From the NCBI GenBank assembly GCA_964016885.1, contig OZ024740.1, positions 423,026,001 through 423,090,000 on the forward strand: a stretch of 64,000 nt of DNA, written 5' to 3'. This DNA is from Eledone cirrhosa (Eukaryota). How positions within the stretch are numbered: the stretch's first letter is position 1; each line of letters starts with the position of its first letter. Positions 15,001-30,000 of the stretch are shown here, piece after piece. The translations under genes were made by a program, and so were the position numbers. Below the pieces are notes generated by a model. It made no database searches and was not told where the DNA came from. It worked only from the letters and a program-made list of their open reading frames with translations.

Positions 15001-18000
15001 AAGAGGTGTTGATGGAGAAGGTCAGAAGTGTGGAGAGAGTGGTTGACAGGTTTGGATGTAAGGAGAGCTGGACCTTAGGACTGAGAGGAGGTGTTGATAG
15101 AGAAGGTCAGAAGTGTGGAGTGAGTGGCTGACAGGTCTGGATGTGAGGAGAGCTGGACCTTAGGACAGAGAAGAGGTGTTGATAGAGAAGGTCAGAAGTG
15201 TGGAGAGAGTGGTTGACAGGTCTGGATTTAAGGAGAGCTAGACCTTAGGACAGAGAGGAGGTGTTGATGGAGAAGGTAAGAAGTTTGGAGAGAATGGTTG
15301 ACAGGTCTGGATGTAAGGAGAGGTGGACCTTAGGACAGAGAGGAGGTGTTGTTAGAGAAGGTCAGATGTGTGGAGAGAGTGGTAGAGAGGTCTGGATGTA
15401 AGGAGAGCTAGACCTTAGGACAGAGAGGAGGTGTTGATAGAGAAGGTCAGATGTGTGGAGAGAGTGGTATAGAGGTCTGGATGTAAGGAGAGCTAGACCT
15501 TAGGACAGAGAGGACATGTTGATAGAGAAGGTCAGATATGTGGAGAGAGTGGTTGACAGGTCTGGATGTAAGGAGAGCTGGACCTTAGGAGAGAGAGGAG
15601 GTGTTGATGGGGAAGGTAAGATGTGTCGTGAGAGTGGTTGACAGGTCTGGATGTAAGGAGAGCTAGACGTTAGGACAGAGAAGAGGTGTTGATGGAGAAG
15701 GTCAGAAGTGTGGAGAGAGTGGTTGACAGGTCTGGATGTAAGGAGAGCTGGACCTTAGGACAGAATTGAGGTGTTGATAGAGAAGGTCAGAAGTGTGGAG
15801 AGAGTGGTTGACAGGTCTGGATGTAAGGAGAGCTACACCTTAGGACAGAGAGGAGGTGTTGATGGAGAAGGAAAGAAGTGTGGAGAGAGTTGTTGACAGG
15901 TCTGGATGTAAGGAGAGGTGGACCTTAGGACAGAGAGGAGGTGTTGATTGAGAAGGTCAGATGTGTGGAGAGAGTGGTTGACAGGTCTGGATGTAAGGAG
16001 AGCTAGACCTTAGGAAAGAGAGGAGGTGTTGATACAGAAGGTCAGAAGTGTGGAGAGAGTGGTTGACAGGTCTGGATGTAAGGAGAGCTGGACCTTAGGA
16101 GAGAGAGGAGGTGTTGTTTGAGAAGGTCAGAAGTGTGGAGAGAGTGGTTGACAGGTCTGGATGTAAGGAGAGCTAGACCTTAGGGCTGAGAGGAGATGTT
16201 GATAGAGAAGGTCAGACGTGTGGAGAGAGTGGTTGACAGGTCTGGATGTAAGGAGAGCTACACCTTAGGACAGAGAGGAGGTGTTGATGGAGAAGGAAAG
16301 AAGTGTGGAGAGAGTTGTTGACAGGTCTGGATGTAAGGAGAGGTGGACCTTAGGACAGAGAGGAGGTGTTGATTGAGAAGGTCAGATCTGTGGAGAGAGT
16401 GGTTGACAGGTCTGGATGTAAGGAGAGCTAGACCTTAGGAAAGAGAGGAGGTGTTGATAGAGAAGGTCAGAAGTGTGGAGAGAGTGGTTGACAGGTCTGG
16501 ATGTAAGGAGAGCTAGACCTTAGGAAAGAGAGGAGGGGTTGATAGAGAAGGTCAGAAGTGTGGAGAGAGTGGTTGACAGGTCTGGATGTAAGGAGAGCTA
16601 GACCTTAGGACAGAGAGGAGGTGTTGATAGACAAGGTCAGAAGTGTGGAGAGAGTGTTAGAGAGGTCTGGATGTAAGGAGAGCTAGACCTTAGGACAGAG
16701 AGGAGGTGTTGATAGAGAAGGTCAGAAGTGTGGAGAGAGTGGTAGAGAGGTCTGGATGTAAGGAGAGCTGGACCTTAGGACACAGAGGAGATGTTGATAA
16801 AGAAGGTCAGAAGTGTGGAGAGAGTGGTTGACAGGTCTGGATGTAAGGAGAACTGGACCTTAGGAAAGAGAGGAGGTGTTGATAGAGAAGATCAGAAGTG
16901 TGGAGAGAGTGGTTGACACGTCTTAATGTAAGGAGAGCTGGACCTTAGGACGGAGAGGAGGTGTTGATAGAGAAGGTCAGAAGTGTGGAAAGAGTGGTTG
17001 ACAGGTCTGGATGTAAGGAGAGCTAGACCTTAGGACAGAAGGGAGGTGTTGATAGAGGTCAGAAGTGTGGAGAGAGTGGTTGACAGGTCTGGATGTAAGG
17101 AGAACTGGACCTTAGGAAAGAGAGGTGTTGATAGAGAAGATCAGAAGTGTGGAGAGAGTGGTTGACAGGTCTGGATGTAAGGAGAGCTGGACCTTAGGAC
17201 AGAGAGGAGGTGTTGATGGAGAAGGTAAGAAGTGTGGAGAGAGTGTTTGACAGGTCTGGATGTAAGGAGAGCTAGACCTTAGGACAGAGAGGAGGTGTTG
17301 ATGGAGAAGGTAAGAAGTGTGGAGAGAGTGGTTGACAGGTCTGGATGTAAGGAGAGCTGGACCTTAGGACAGAGAGGAGGTGTTGATTGAGAAGGTCAGA
17401 AGTGTGGAGAGAGTGGTTGACAGGTCTGGATGTAAGAAGAGCTAGACCTTAGGACAGAGAAGAGGTGTTGATGGAGAAGGTCAGAAGTGTGGAGAGAGTG
17501 GTTGACAGGTCTGGATGTAAGGAGAACTGGACCTTAGGACAGAGAGGAGATGTTGATAGAGAAGGTCAGAAGTGTGGAGAGAGTGGTTGACAGGTCTGGA
17601 TGTAAGGAGAGCTAGACCTTAGGACTGAGAGGAGATGTTGATAGAGAAGGTCAGAAGTGTGGAGAGAGTGGTTGACAGGTCTGGATGTAAGGAGAGGTGG
17701 ACCTTAGGACTGAGAGGAGATGTTGATAGAGAAGGTCAGAAGTGTGGAGAGAGTGGCTGACAGGTCTGGATGTGAGGAGAGCTGGACCTTAGGACAGAGA
17801 AGAGTTGTTGATGGAGAAGGTCAGAAGTGTGGAGAGAGTGGTTGACAGGTCTGGATGTAAGAAGAGCTGGACCTTAGGACTGAGAGGAGGTGTTGATAGA
17901 GAAGGTCAGAAGTGTGGAGAGAGTGGCTGACAGGTCTGGATGTGAGGAGAGCTGGACCTTAGGACAGAGAAGAGGTGTTGATAGAGAAGGTCAGAATTGT

Positions 18001-21000
18001 GGAGAGATTGGTTGACAGGTCTGGATGTAAGGAGAGCTGGACCTTAGGACAGAGAGGAGGTGTTGTTTGAGAAGGTCAGAAGTGTGGAGAGAGTGGTTGA
18101 CAGGTCTGGATGTAAGGAGAGCTAGACCTTAGGACAGAGAGGAGGTGTTGATAGACAAGGTCAGAAGTGTGGAGAGAGTGGTAGAGAGGTCTGGATGTAA
18201 GGAGAGCTAGACCTTAGGACATAGAGGAGATGTTGATAGAGAAGGTCAGAAGTGTGGAGAGAGTGGTTGACAGGTCTGGATGTAAGGAGAGGTGGACCTT
18301 AGGACATAGAGGAGGTGTTGATAGAGAAGGTCAGATGTGTGGAGAGAGTGGTTGACAGGTCTGGATGTAAGGAGAGTTAGGCCTTAGGACAGAGAGGAGA
18401 TGTTGATAGAGAAGGTCAGAAGTGTGGAGAGAGTGGTTGACAGGTCTGGATGTAAGGAGAGTTAGGCCTTAGGAAAGAGAGGAGGTGTTCATAGAGAAGA
18501 TCAGAAGTGTGGAGAGAGTGGTTGACAGGTCTGGATGTAAGGAGAACTGGACCTTAGGAAAGAGAGGATGTGTTGATAGAGAAGATCAGAAGTGTGGAGA
18601 GAGTGGTTACAGGTCTGGATGTAAGGAGAGCTAGACCTTAGGAAAGAGAGGAGGTGTTGATAGAGAAGATCAGAAGTCTGGAGAGAGTGGTTGACATGTC
18701 TGGATGTAAGGAGAGCTAGACCTTAGGACAGAGAGGAGATGTTGATAGAGAAGGTCAGAAGTCTGGAGAGAGTGGTTGACAGGTCTGGATGTAAGGAGAG
18801 CTAGACCTTAGGACAGAGAGGAGATGTTGATAGAGAAGGTCAGAAGTGTGGAGAGAGTGCTTGACATGTCTGGATGTAAGGAGAGCTAGACCTTAGGACA
18901 GAGAGGAGATGTTGATAGAGAAGGTCAGAAGTGTGGAGAGAGTGGTTGACAGGTCTGGATGTAAGGAGAGCTAGGCCTTAGGAAAGAGAGGAGGTGTTGA
19001 TAGAGAAGATCAGAAGTGTGGAGAGAGTGGTTGACAGGTCTGGATGTAAGGAGAACTGGACCTTAGGAAAGAGAGGATGTGTTGATAGAGAAGATCAGAA
19101 GTGTGGAGAGAGTGGTTACAGGTCTGGATGTAAGGAGAGCTAGACCATAGGAAAGAGAGGAGGTGTTGATAGAGAAGATCAGAAGTGTGGAGAGAGTGGT
19201 AGAGAGGTCTGGATGTAAGGAGAACTGGACCTTAGGAAAGAGAGGAGGTGTTGATAGAGAAGGTCAGAAGTGTGGAGAGAGTGGTTGACAGGTCTTAATG
19301 TAAGGAAAGCTGGACCTTAGGACGGAGAGGAGGTGTTGATAGAGAAGGTCAGAAGTGTGGAAAGAGTGGTTGACAGGTCTGGATGTAAGGAGAGCTAGAC
19401 CTTAGGACAGAAGGGAGGTGTTGATAGAGGTCAGAAGTGTGGAGAGAGTGGTTGACAGGTCTGGATGTAAGGAGAACTGGACCTTAGGAAAGAGAGGTGT
19501 TGATAGAGAAGATCAGAAGTGTGGAGAGAGTGGTTGACAGGTCTGGATGTAAGGAGAGCTGGACCTTAGGAGAGAGAGGAGGTGTTGATGTGGAAGGTAA
19601 GATGTGTGGAGAGAGTGGTTGACAGGTCTGGATGTAAGGAGAGCTGGACCTTAGGACAGAGAGGAGGTGTTGATGGAGAAGGTCAGAAGTGTGGAGAGAA
19701 TGGTTGACAGGTCTGGATGTAAGGAGAGCTAGACCTTAGGACAGAGAGGAGGTGTTGATGGAGAAGGTAAGAAGTGTGGAGAGAGTGGTTGACAGGTCTG
19801 GATGTAAGGAGAGCTGGATCTTAGGACAGAGAGGAGGTGTTGATTGAGAAGGTCAGAAGTGTGGAGAGAGTGGTTGACAGGTCTGGATGTAAGGAGAGCT
19901 AGACCTTAGGAAAGAGAGGAGGTGTTGATAGAGAAGGTCAGAAGTGTGGAGAGAGTGGTTGACAGGTCTGGATGTAAGGAGAGCTAGACCTTAGGAAAGA
20001 GAGGAGGTGTCGATAGAGAAGGTCAGACGTGTGGAGAGAGTGGTTGACAGGTCTGGATGTAAGGAGAGCTAGACCTTAGGACAGAGAGAAGGTGTTGATA
20101 GAGAAGGTCAGAAGTGTGGAGAGAGTGGTAGAGAGGTCTGGATGTAAGGAGAGCTAGACCTTAGGACATAGAGGAGATGTTGATAGAGAAGGTCAGAAGT
20201 GTGGAGAGAGTGGTTGACAGGTCTGGATGTAAGGAGAGGTGGACCTTAGGACATAGAGGAGATGTTGATAGAGAAGGTCAGAAGTGTGGAGAGAGTGGTT
20301 GACAGGTCTGGATGTAAGGAGAGCTAGACCTTAGGACAGAGAGGAGGTGTTGATAGAGAAGGTCAGAAGTTTGGAGGGAGTGGTTGACAGGTCTGGATGT
20401 AAGGAGAGGTGGACCTTAGGACTGAGAGGAGATGCTGATAGAGAAGGTCAGAAGTGTGGAGAGAGTGGCTGACAGGTCTGGATGTGAGGAGAGCTGGACC
20501 TTAGGACAGAGAAGAGGTGTTGATGGAGAAGGTCAGAAGTGTGGTGAGAGTGGTTGACAGGTCTGGATGTAAGGAGAGCTGGACCTTAGGACTGAGAGGA
20601 GGTGTTGATAGAGAAGGTCAGAAGTGTGGAGAGAGTGGCTGACAGGTCTGGATGTGAGGAGAGCTGGACCTTAGGACAGAGAAGAGGTGTTGATAGAGAA
20701 GGTCAGAAGTGTGGAGAGAGTGGTTGACAGGTCTGGATGTAAGGAGAGGTGGACCTTAGGACAGAGAGGAGGTGTTGATGGAGAAGGTAAGAAGTTTGGA
20801 GAGAATTGTTGACAGGTCTGGATGTAAGGAGAGGTGGACCTTAGGACAGAGAGGAGGTGTTGATAGAGAAGGTCAGATGTGTGGAGAGAGTGGTTGACAG
20901 GTCTGGATGTAAGTAGAGCTGGACCTTAGGACAGAGAGGAGGTGTTGTTTGAGAAGGTCAGAAGTGTGGAGAGAGTGGTTGACAGGTCTGGATGTAAGGA

Positions 21001-24000
21001 GAGCTAGACCTTAGGACAGAGAGGAGGTGTTGATAGACAAGGTCAGAAGTGTGGAGAGAGTGGTAGAGAGGTCTGGATGTAAGGAGAGCTTGACCTTAGG
21101 ACAGAGAGCAGGTGTTGATAGAGAAGGTCAGAAGTGTGGAGAGAGTGGTAGAGAGGTCTGGATGTAAGGAGAGCTAGACCTTAGGACATAGAGGAGATGT
21201 TGATAGAGAAGGTCAGAAGTGTGGAGAGAGTGGTTGACAGGTCTGGATGTAAGGAGAGGTGGACCTTAGGACATAGAGGAGGTGTTGATAGAGAAGGTCA
21301 GATGTGTGGAGAGAGTGGTTGACAGGTCTGGATGTAAGGAGAGCTAGACCTTAGGACAGAGAGGAGATGTTGATAGAGAAGGTCAGAAGTGTGGAGAGAG
21401 TGGTTGACAGGTCTGGATGTAAGGAGAGCTAGACCTTAGGAAAGAGAGGAGGTGTTGATAGAGAAGATCAGAAGTGTGGAGAGAGTGGTTGACAGGTCTG
21501 GATGTAAGGAGAACTGGACCTTAGCAAAGAGAGGAGGTGTTGATAGAGAAGATCAGAAGTGTGGAGAGAGTGGTTACAGGTCTGGATGTAAGGAGAGCTA
21601 GACCTTAGGAAAGAGAGGAGGTGTTGATAGAGAAGATCAGAAGTGTGGAGAGAGTGGTAGAGAGGTCTGGATGTAAGGAGAACTGGACCTTAGGAAAGAG
21701 AGGAGGTGTTGATAGAGAAGATCAGAAGTGTGGAGAGAGTGGTTGACAGGTCTGGATGTAAGGAGAGCTAGACCTTAGGACAGAGAGGAGGTGTTGATGG
21801 AGAAGGTAAGAAGTGTGGAGAGAGTGGTTGACAGGTCTGGATGTAAGGAGAGCTAGACCTTAGGAAAGAGAGGAGGTGTTGATAGAGAAGGTCAGAAGTG
21901 TGGAGAGAGTGGTTGACAGGTCTTAATGTAAGGAGAGCTGGACCATAGGACGTAGAGGAGGTGTTGATAGAGAAGGTCAGAAGTGTGGAAAGAGTGGTTG
22001 ATAGGTCTGGATGTAAGGAGAGCTAGACCTTAGGACAGAAGGGAGGTGTTGATAGAGGTCAGAAAGTGTGGAGAGAGTGGTTGACAGATCTGGATGTAAG
22101 GAGAACTGGACCTTAGGACAGAGAGGAGGTGTTGATAGAGAAGATCAGAAGTGTGGAGAGAGTGGTTGACAGGTCTGGATGTAAGGAGAGCTGGACCTTA
22201 GGAGAGAGAGGAGGTGTTGATGTGGAAGGTAAGATGTGTGGAGAGAGTGGTTGACAGGTCTGGATGTAAGGAGAGCTGGAGCTTAGGACAGAGAGGAGCT
22301 GTTGATGGAGAAGGTCAGAAGTGTGGAGAGAGTGGTTGACAGGTCTGGATGTAAGGAGAGCTAGACCTTAGGACAGAGAGGAGGTGTTGATGGAGAAGGT
22401 AAGAAGTGTGGAGAGAGTGGTTGACAGGTCTGGATGTAAGGAGAGCTGGACCTTAGGACAGAGAGGAGGTGTTGATTGAGAAGGTCAGAAGTGTGGAGAG
22501 AGTGGTTGACAGGTCTGGATGTAAGGAGAGCTAGACCTTAGGACAGAGAAGAGATGTTGATAGAGAAGGTCAGATGTGTGGAGAGAGTGGTTGACAGGTC
22601 TGGATGTAAGGAGAACTGGACCTTAGGACAGAGAGGAGATGTTGATAGAGAAGGTCAGAAGTGTGGAGAGAGTGGTTGACAGGTCTGGATGTAAGAAGAG
22701 CTAGACCTTAGGACAGAGAGGGGGTGTTGATAGAGAAGGTCAGAAGTGTGGAGAGAGTGGTTGACAGGTCTGGATGTAAGGAGAGCTAGACCTTAGGACA
22801 GAGAGGAGGTGTTGATAGAGAAGGTCAGAAGTGTGGAGAGAGTGGTTGACAGGTCTGGATGTAAGGAGAGGTGGACCTTAGGACTGAGAGGAGATGTTGA
22901 TAGAGAAGGTCAGAAGTGTGGAGAGAGTGGCTGACAGGTCTGGATGTGAGGAGAGCTGGACCTTAGGACAGAGAAGAGGTGTTGATGGAGAAGGTCAGAA
23001 GTGTGGAGAGAGTGGTTGACAGGTCTGGATGTAAGGAGAGCTGGACCTTAGGACTGAGAGGAGGTGTTGATAGAGAAGGTCAGAAGTGTGGAGAGAGTGG
23101 CTGACAGGTCTGGATGTGAGGAGAGCTGGACCTTAGGACAGAGAAGAGGTGTTGATAGAGAAGGTCAGAAGTGTGGAGAGAGTGGTTGACAGGTCTGGAT
23201 GTAAGGAGAGCTAGACCTTAGGACAGAGAGGAGGTGTTGATGGAGAAGGTAAGAAGTTTGGAGAGAATGGTTGACAGGTCTGGATGTAAGGAGAGGTGGA
23301 CCTTAGGACAGAGAGGAGGTGTTGATAGAGAAGGTCAGATGTGTGGAGAGAGTGGTTGACAGGTCTGGATGTAAGGAGAGCTGGACCTTAGGACAGAGAG
23401 GAGGTGTTGATTGAGAAGGTCAGAAGTGTGGAGAGAGTGGTTGACAGGTCTGGATGTAAGGAGAGCTAGACCTTAGGACAGAGAGGAGGTGTTGATAGAC
23501 AAGGTCAGAAGTGTGGAGAGAGTGGTAGAGAGGTCTGGATGTAAGGAGAGCTTGACCTTAGGACAGAGAGGAGGTGTTGATAGAGAAGGTCAGAAGTGTG
23601 GAGAGAGTGGTAGAGAGGTCTGGATGTAAGGAGAGCTAGACCTTAGGACATAGAGGAGGTGTTGATAGAGAAGGTCAGATGTGTGGAGAGAGTGGTTGAC
23701 AGGTCTGGATGTAAGGAGAGCTAGACCTTAGGACAGAGAGGAGATGTTGATAGAGAAGGTCAGAAGTGTGGAGAGAGTGGTTGACAGGTCTGGATGTAAG
23801 GAGAGCTAGACCTTAGGAAAGAGAGGAGGTGTTGATAGAGAAGATCAGAAGTGTGGAGAGAGTGGTTGACAGGTCTGGATGTAAGGAGAACTGGACCTTA
23901 GGAAAGAGAGGAGGTGTTGATAGAGAAGATCAGAAGTGTGGAGAGAGTGGTTGACAGGTCTGGATGTAAGGAGAGCTAGACCTTAGAAAAGAGAGGAGGT

Positions 24001-27000
24001 GTTGATAGAGAAGATCAGAAGTGTGGAGAGAGTGGTAGAGAGGTCTGGATGTAAGGAGAACTGGACCTTAGGAAAGAGAGGAGGTGTTGATAGAGAAGAT
24101 CAGAAGTGTGGAGAGAGTGGTTGACAGGTCTGGATGTAAGGAGAGCTAGACCTTAGGACAGAGAGGAGGTGTTGATGGAGAAGGTAAGAAGTGTGGAGAG
24201 AGTGGTTGACAGGCCTGGATGTAAGGAGAGCTAGACCTTACGAAAGAGAGGAGGTGTTGATAGAGAAGGTCAGAAGTGTGGAGAGAGTGGTTGACAGGTC
24301 TGGATGTAAGGAGAGCTAGACCTTAGGACAGAAGGGAGGTGTTGATAGAGGTCAGAAGTGTGGAGAGAGTGGTTGACAGGTCTGGATGTAAGGAGAGCTG
24401 GATCTTAGGACAGAGAGGAGGTGTTGATAGAGAAGGTCAGAAGTGTGGAGAGAGTGGTTGACAGGTCTGGATGTAAGGAGAGCTAGACCTTAGGAAAGAG
24501 AGGAGGTGTTGATAGAGAAGGTCAGAAGTGTGGAGAGAGTGGTTGACAGGTTTGGATGTAAGGAGAGCTAGACCTTAGGACAGAGAGGAGGTGTTGATAG
24601 AGAAGGTCAGAAGTGTGTAGAGAGTGGTTGACAGGTTTGGATGTAAGGAGAGGTGGACCTTAGGAAAGAGAGGAGGTGTTGATAGAGAATGTCAGAAGTG
24701 TGGAGAGAGTGGTTGACAGGTCTGGATGTAAGGAGAGCTAGACCTTAGGAAAGAGAGGAGGTGTTGATAGAGAAGGTCAGAAGTGTGGAGAGAGTGGTTG
24801 ACAGGTCTGGATGTAAGGAGAGCTAGACCTTAGGACAGAGAGGAGGTGTTGATAGAGAAGGTCAGAAGTGTGGAGAGAGTGGTTGACAGGTCTGGATGTA
24901 AGGAGAGCTAGACCTTAGGAAAGAGAGGAGGTGTTGATAGAGAAGGTCAGAAGTGTGGAGAGAGTGGTTGACAGGTTTGGATGTAAGGAGAGGTGGACCT
25001 TAGGACAGAGAGGAGGTGTTGATAGAGAAGGTCAGAAGTGTGGAGAGAGTGGTAGAGAGGTCTGGATGTAAGGAGAGCTAGACCTTAGGAATGAAAGGTG
25101 TTGATAGAGAAGGTCAGACGTGTGGAGAGAGTGGTTGACAGGTCTGGATGTAAGGAGAGCTAGACCTTAGGACAGAGAGCAGGTGTTGATAGAGAATGTC
25201 AGAAGTGTGGAGAGAGTGGTTGACAGGTCTGGATGTAAGGAGAGCTAGACCTTAGGACAGAGAGGAGGTGTTGATAGAGAAGGTCAGAAGTGTGGAGAGA
25301 GTGATAGAGAGGTCTGGATGTAAGGAGAGGTGGACCTTAGGACAGAGAGGAGTTGTTGATAGAGAAGGTCAGAAGTTTGGAGAGAGTGGTATAGAGGTCT
25401 GGATGTAAGGAGAGCTAGACCTTAGGAATGAGAGGAGGTGTTGATAGAGAAGGTCAGACGTGTGGAGAGAGTGGTTGACAGGTCTGGATGTAAGGAGAGC
25501 TGGACCTTAGGACAGAGAGGAGGTGTTGATAGAGAAGGTCAGAAGTGTGGAGAGAGTGGTAGAGAGGTCTGGATGTAAGGAGAGCTGGACCTTAGGACAG
25601 AGAGGAGTTGTTGATAGAGAAGGTCAGAAGTTTGGAGAGAGTGGTATAGAGGTCTGGATGTAAGGAGAGCTAGACCTTAGGAATGAGAGGAGGTGTTGAT
25701 AGAGAAGGTCAGACGTGTGGAGAGAGTGGTTGACAGGTCTGGATGTAAGGAGAGCTGGACCTTAGGACAGAGAGGAGGTGTTGATAGAGAAGGTCAGAAG
25801 TGTGGAGAGAGTGGTTGACAGGTCTGGATGTAAGGAGAGCTGGACCTTAGGACAGAGAGGAGGTGTTGATAGAGAAGGTCAGAAGTGTGGAGAGAGTGGT
25901 TGACAGGTCTGGATGTAAGGAGAGCTGGACCTTAGGACAGAGAGGAGGTGTTGATAGAAAAGGTCAGAAGTGTGGAGAGAGTGGTTGACAGGTCTGGATG
26001 TAAGGAGAGCTAGACCTTAGGACAGAGAGGAGGTGTTGATAGAGAAGGTCAGAAGTGTGGAGAGAGTGGTTGACAGGTCTGGATGCAATGAGAGCTAGAC
26101 CTTAGGAAAGAGAGGAGGTGTTGATAGAGAAGGTCAGAAGTGTGGAGAGAGTGGTTGACAGGTCTGGATGTAAGGAGAGCTAGACCTTAGGACTGAGAGG
26201 AGATGTTGATAGAGAAGGTCACAAGTGTGGAGAGAGTGGTAGAGAGGTCTGGATGTAAGGAGAGCTAGACCTTAGGACAGAGAGGAGGTGTTGATAGAGA
26301 AGGTCAGATATGTGGAGAGAGTGGTTGACAGGTCTGGATGTAAGGAGAGCTAGACCTTAGGACAGAGAGGAGGTGTTGATAGAGAAGGTCAGAAGTGTGG
26401 AAAGAGTGGTTGACAGGTCTGGATGTAAGGAGAGCTAGAGCTTAGGACAGAAGGGAGGTGTTGATAGAGAAGGTCAGAAGTGTGGAGAGAGTGGTTGACA
26501 GGTCTGGATGTAAGGAGAGCTAGACCTTAGGACTGAGAGGAGATGTTGATAGAGAAGGTCAGAAGTGTGGAGAGAGTGGTTGACAGGTCTGGATGTAAGG
26601 AGAGCTAGACCTTAGGACAGAGAGGAGGTGTTGATGGAGAAGGTCAGAAGTGTGGAAAGAGTGGTTGATAGGTCTGGATGTAAGGAGAGCTAGACCTTAG
26701 GACAGAAGGGAGGTGTTGATAGAGGTCAGAAAGTGTGGAGAGAGTGGTTGACAGATCTGGATGTAAGGAGAACTGGACCTTAGGACAGAGAGGAGGTGTT
26801 GATAGAGAAGATCAGAAGTGTGGAGAGAGTGGTTGACAGGTCTGGATGTAAGGAGAGCTGGACCTTAGGAGAGAGAGGAGGTGTTGATGTGGAAGGTAAG
26901 ATGTGTGGAGAGAGTGGTTGACAGGTCTGGATGTAAGGAGAGCTGGAGCTTAGGACAGAGAGGAGCTGTTGATGGAGAAGGTCAGAAGTGTGGAGAGAGT

Positions 27001-30000
27001 GGTTGACAGGTCTGGATGTAAGGAGAGCTAGACCTTAGGACAGAGAGGAGGTGTTGATGGAGAAGGTAAGAAGTGTGGAGAGAGTGGTTGACAGGTCTGG
27101 ATGTAAGGAGAGCTGGACCTTAGGACAGAGAGGAGGTGTTGATTGAGAAGGTCAGAAGTGTGGAGAGAGTGGTTGACAGGTCTGGATGTAAGGAGAGCTA
27201 GACCTTAGGACAGAGAAGAGATGTTGATAGAGAAGGTCAGATGTGTGGAGAGAGTGGTTGACAGGTCTGGATGTAAGGAGAACTGGACCTTAGGACAGAG
27301 AGGAGATGTTGATAGAGAAGGTCAGAAGTGTGGAGAGAGTGGTTGACAGGTCTGGATGTAAGAAGAGCTAGACCTTAGGACAGAGAGGGGGTGTTGATAG
27401 AGAAGGTCAGAAGTGTGGAGAGAGTGGTTGACAGGTCTGGATGTAAGGAGAGCTAGACCTTAGGACAGAGAGGAGGTGTTGATAGAGAAGGTCAGAAGTG
27501 TGGAGAGAGTGGTTGACAGGTCTGGATGTAAGGAGAGGTGGACCTTAGGACTGAGAGGAGATGTTGATAGAGAAGGTCAGAAGTGTGGAGAGAGTGGCTG
27601 ACAGGTCTGGATGTGAGGAGAGCTGGACCTTAGGACAGAGAAGAGGTGTTGATGGAGAAGGTCAGAAGTGTGGAGAGAGTGGTTGACAGGTCTGGATGTA
27701 AGGAGAGCTGGACCTTAGGACTGAGAGGAGGTGTTGATAGAGAAGGTCAGAAGTGTGGAGAGAGTGGCTGACAGGTCTGGATGTGAGGAGAGCTGGACCT
27801 TAGGACAGAGAAGAGGTGTTGATAGAGAAGGTCAGAAGTGTGGAGAGAGTGGTTGACAGGTCTGGATGTAAGGAGAGCTAGACCTTAGGACAGAGAGGAG
27901 GTGTTGATGGAGAAGGTAAGAAGTTTGGAGAGAATGGTTGACAGGTCTGGATGTAAGGAGAGGTGGACCTTAGGACAGAGAGGAGGTGTTGATAGAGAAG
28001 GTCAGATGTGTGGAGAGAGTGGTTGACAGGTCTGGATGTAAGGAGAGCTGGACCTTAGGACAGAGAGGAGGTGTTGATTGAGAAGGTCAGAAGTGTGGAG
28101 AGAGTGGTTGACAGGTCTGGATGTAAGGAGAGCTAGACCTTAGGACAGAGAGGAGGTGTTGATAGACAAGGTCAGAAGTGTGGAGAGAGTGGTAGAGAGG
28201 TCTGGATGTAAGGAGAGCTTGACCTTAGGACAGAGAGGAGGTGTTGATAGAGAAGGTCAGAAGTGTGGAGAGAGTGGTAGAGAGGTCTGGATGTAAGGAG
28301 AGCTAGACCTTAGGACATAGAGGAGGTGTTGATAGAGAAGGTCAGATGTGTGGAGAGAGTGGTTGACAGGTCTGGATGTAAGGAGAGCTAGACCTTAGGA
28401 CAGAGAGGAGATGTTGATAGAGAAGGTCAGAAGTGTGGAGAGAGTGGTTGACAGGTCTGGATGTAAGGAGAGCTAGACCTTAGGAAAGAGAGGAGGTGTT
28501 GATAGAGAAGATCAGAAGTGTGGAGAGAGTGGTTGACAGGTCTGGATGTAAGGAGAACTGGACCTTAGGAAAGAGAGGAGGTGTTGATAGAGTCAGAAGT
28601 GTGGAGAGAGTGGTTGACAGGTCTGGATGTAAGGAGAGCTAGACCTTAGGAAAGAGAGGAGGTGTTGATAGAGAAGATCAGAAGTGTGGAGAGAGTGGTA
28701 GAGAGGTCTGGATGTAAGGAGAACTGGACCTTAGGAAAGAGAGGAGGTGTTGATAGAGAAGATCAGAAGTGTGGAGAGAGTGGTTGACAGGTCTGGATGT
28801 AAGGAGAGCTAGACCTTAGGACAGAGAGGAGGTGTTGATGGAGAAGGTAAGAAGTGTGGAGAGAGTGGTTGACAGGCCTGGATGTAAGGAGAGCTAGACC
28901 TTACGAAAGAGAGGAGGTGTTGATAGAGAAGGTCAGAAGTGTGGAGAGAGTGGTTGACAGGTCTGGATGTAAGGAGAGCTAGACCTTAGGACAGAAGGGA
29001 GGTGTTGATAGAGGTCAGAAGTGTGGAGAGAGTGGTTGACAGGTCTGGATGTAAGGAGAGCTGGATCTTAGGACAGAGAGGAGGTGTTGATAGAGAAGGT
29101 CAGAAGTGTGGAGAGAGTGGTTGACAGGTCTGGATGTAAGGAGAGCTAGACCTTAGGAAAGAGAGGAGGTGTTGATAGAGAAGGTCAGAAGTGTGGAGAG
29201 AGTGGTTGACAGGTTTGGATGTAAGGAGAGCTAGACCTTAGGACAGAGAGGAGGTGTTGATAGAGAAGGTCAGAAGTGTGTAGAGAGTGGTTGACAGGTT
29301 TGGATGTAAGGAGAGGTGGACCTTAGGAAAGAGAGGAGGTGTTGATAGAGAATGTCAGAAGTGTGGAGAGAGTGGTTGACAGGTCTGGATGTAAGGAGAG
29401 CTAGACCTTAGGAAAGAGAGGAGGTGTTGATAGAGAAGGTCAGAAGTGTGGAGAGAGTGGTTGACAGGTCTGGATGTAAGGAGAGCTAGACCTTAGGACA
29501 GAGAGGAGGTGTTGATAGAGAAGGTCAGAAGTGTGGAGAGAGTGGTTGACAGGTCTGGATGTAAGGAGAGCTAGACCTTAGGAAAGAGAGGAGGTGTTGA
29601 TAGAGAAGGTCAGAAGTGTGGAGAGAGTGGTTGACAGGTTTGGATGTAAGGAGAGGTGGACCTTAGGACAGAGAGGAGGTGTTGATAGAGAAGGTCAGAA
29701 GTGTGGAGAGAGTGGTAGAGAGGTCTGGATGTAAGGAGAGCTAGACCTTAGGAATGAAAGGTGTTGATAGAGAAGGTCAGACGTGTGGAGAGAGTGGTTG
29801 ACAGGTCTGGATGTAAGGAGAGCTAGACCTTAGGACAGAGAGCAGGTGTTGATAGAGAATGTCAGAAGTGTGGAGAGAGTGGTTGACAGGTCTGGATGTA
29901 AGGAGAGCTAGACCTTAGGACAGAGAGGAGGTGTTGATAGAGAAGGTCAGAAGTGTGGAGAGAGTGATAGAGAGGTCTGGATGTAAGGAGAGGTGGACCT

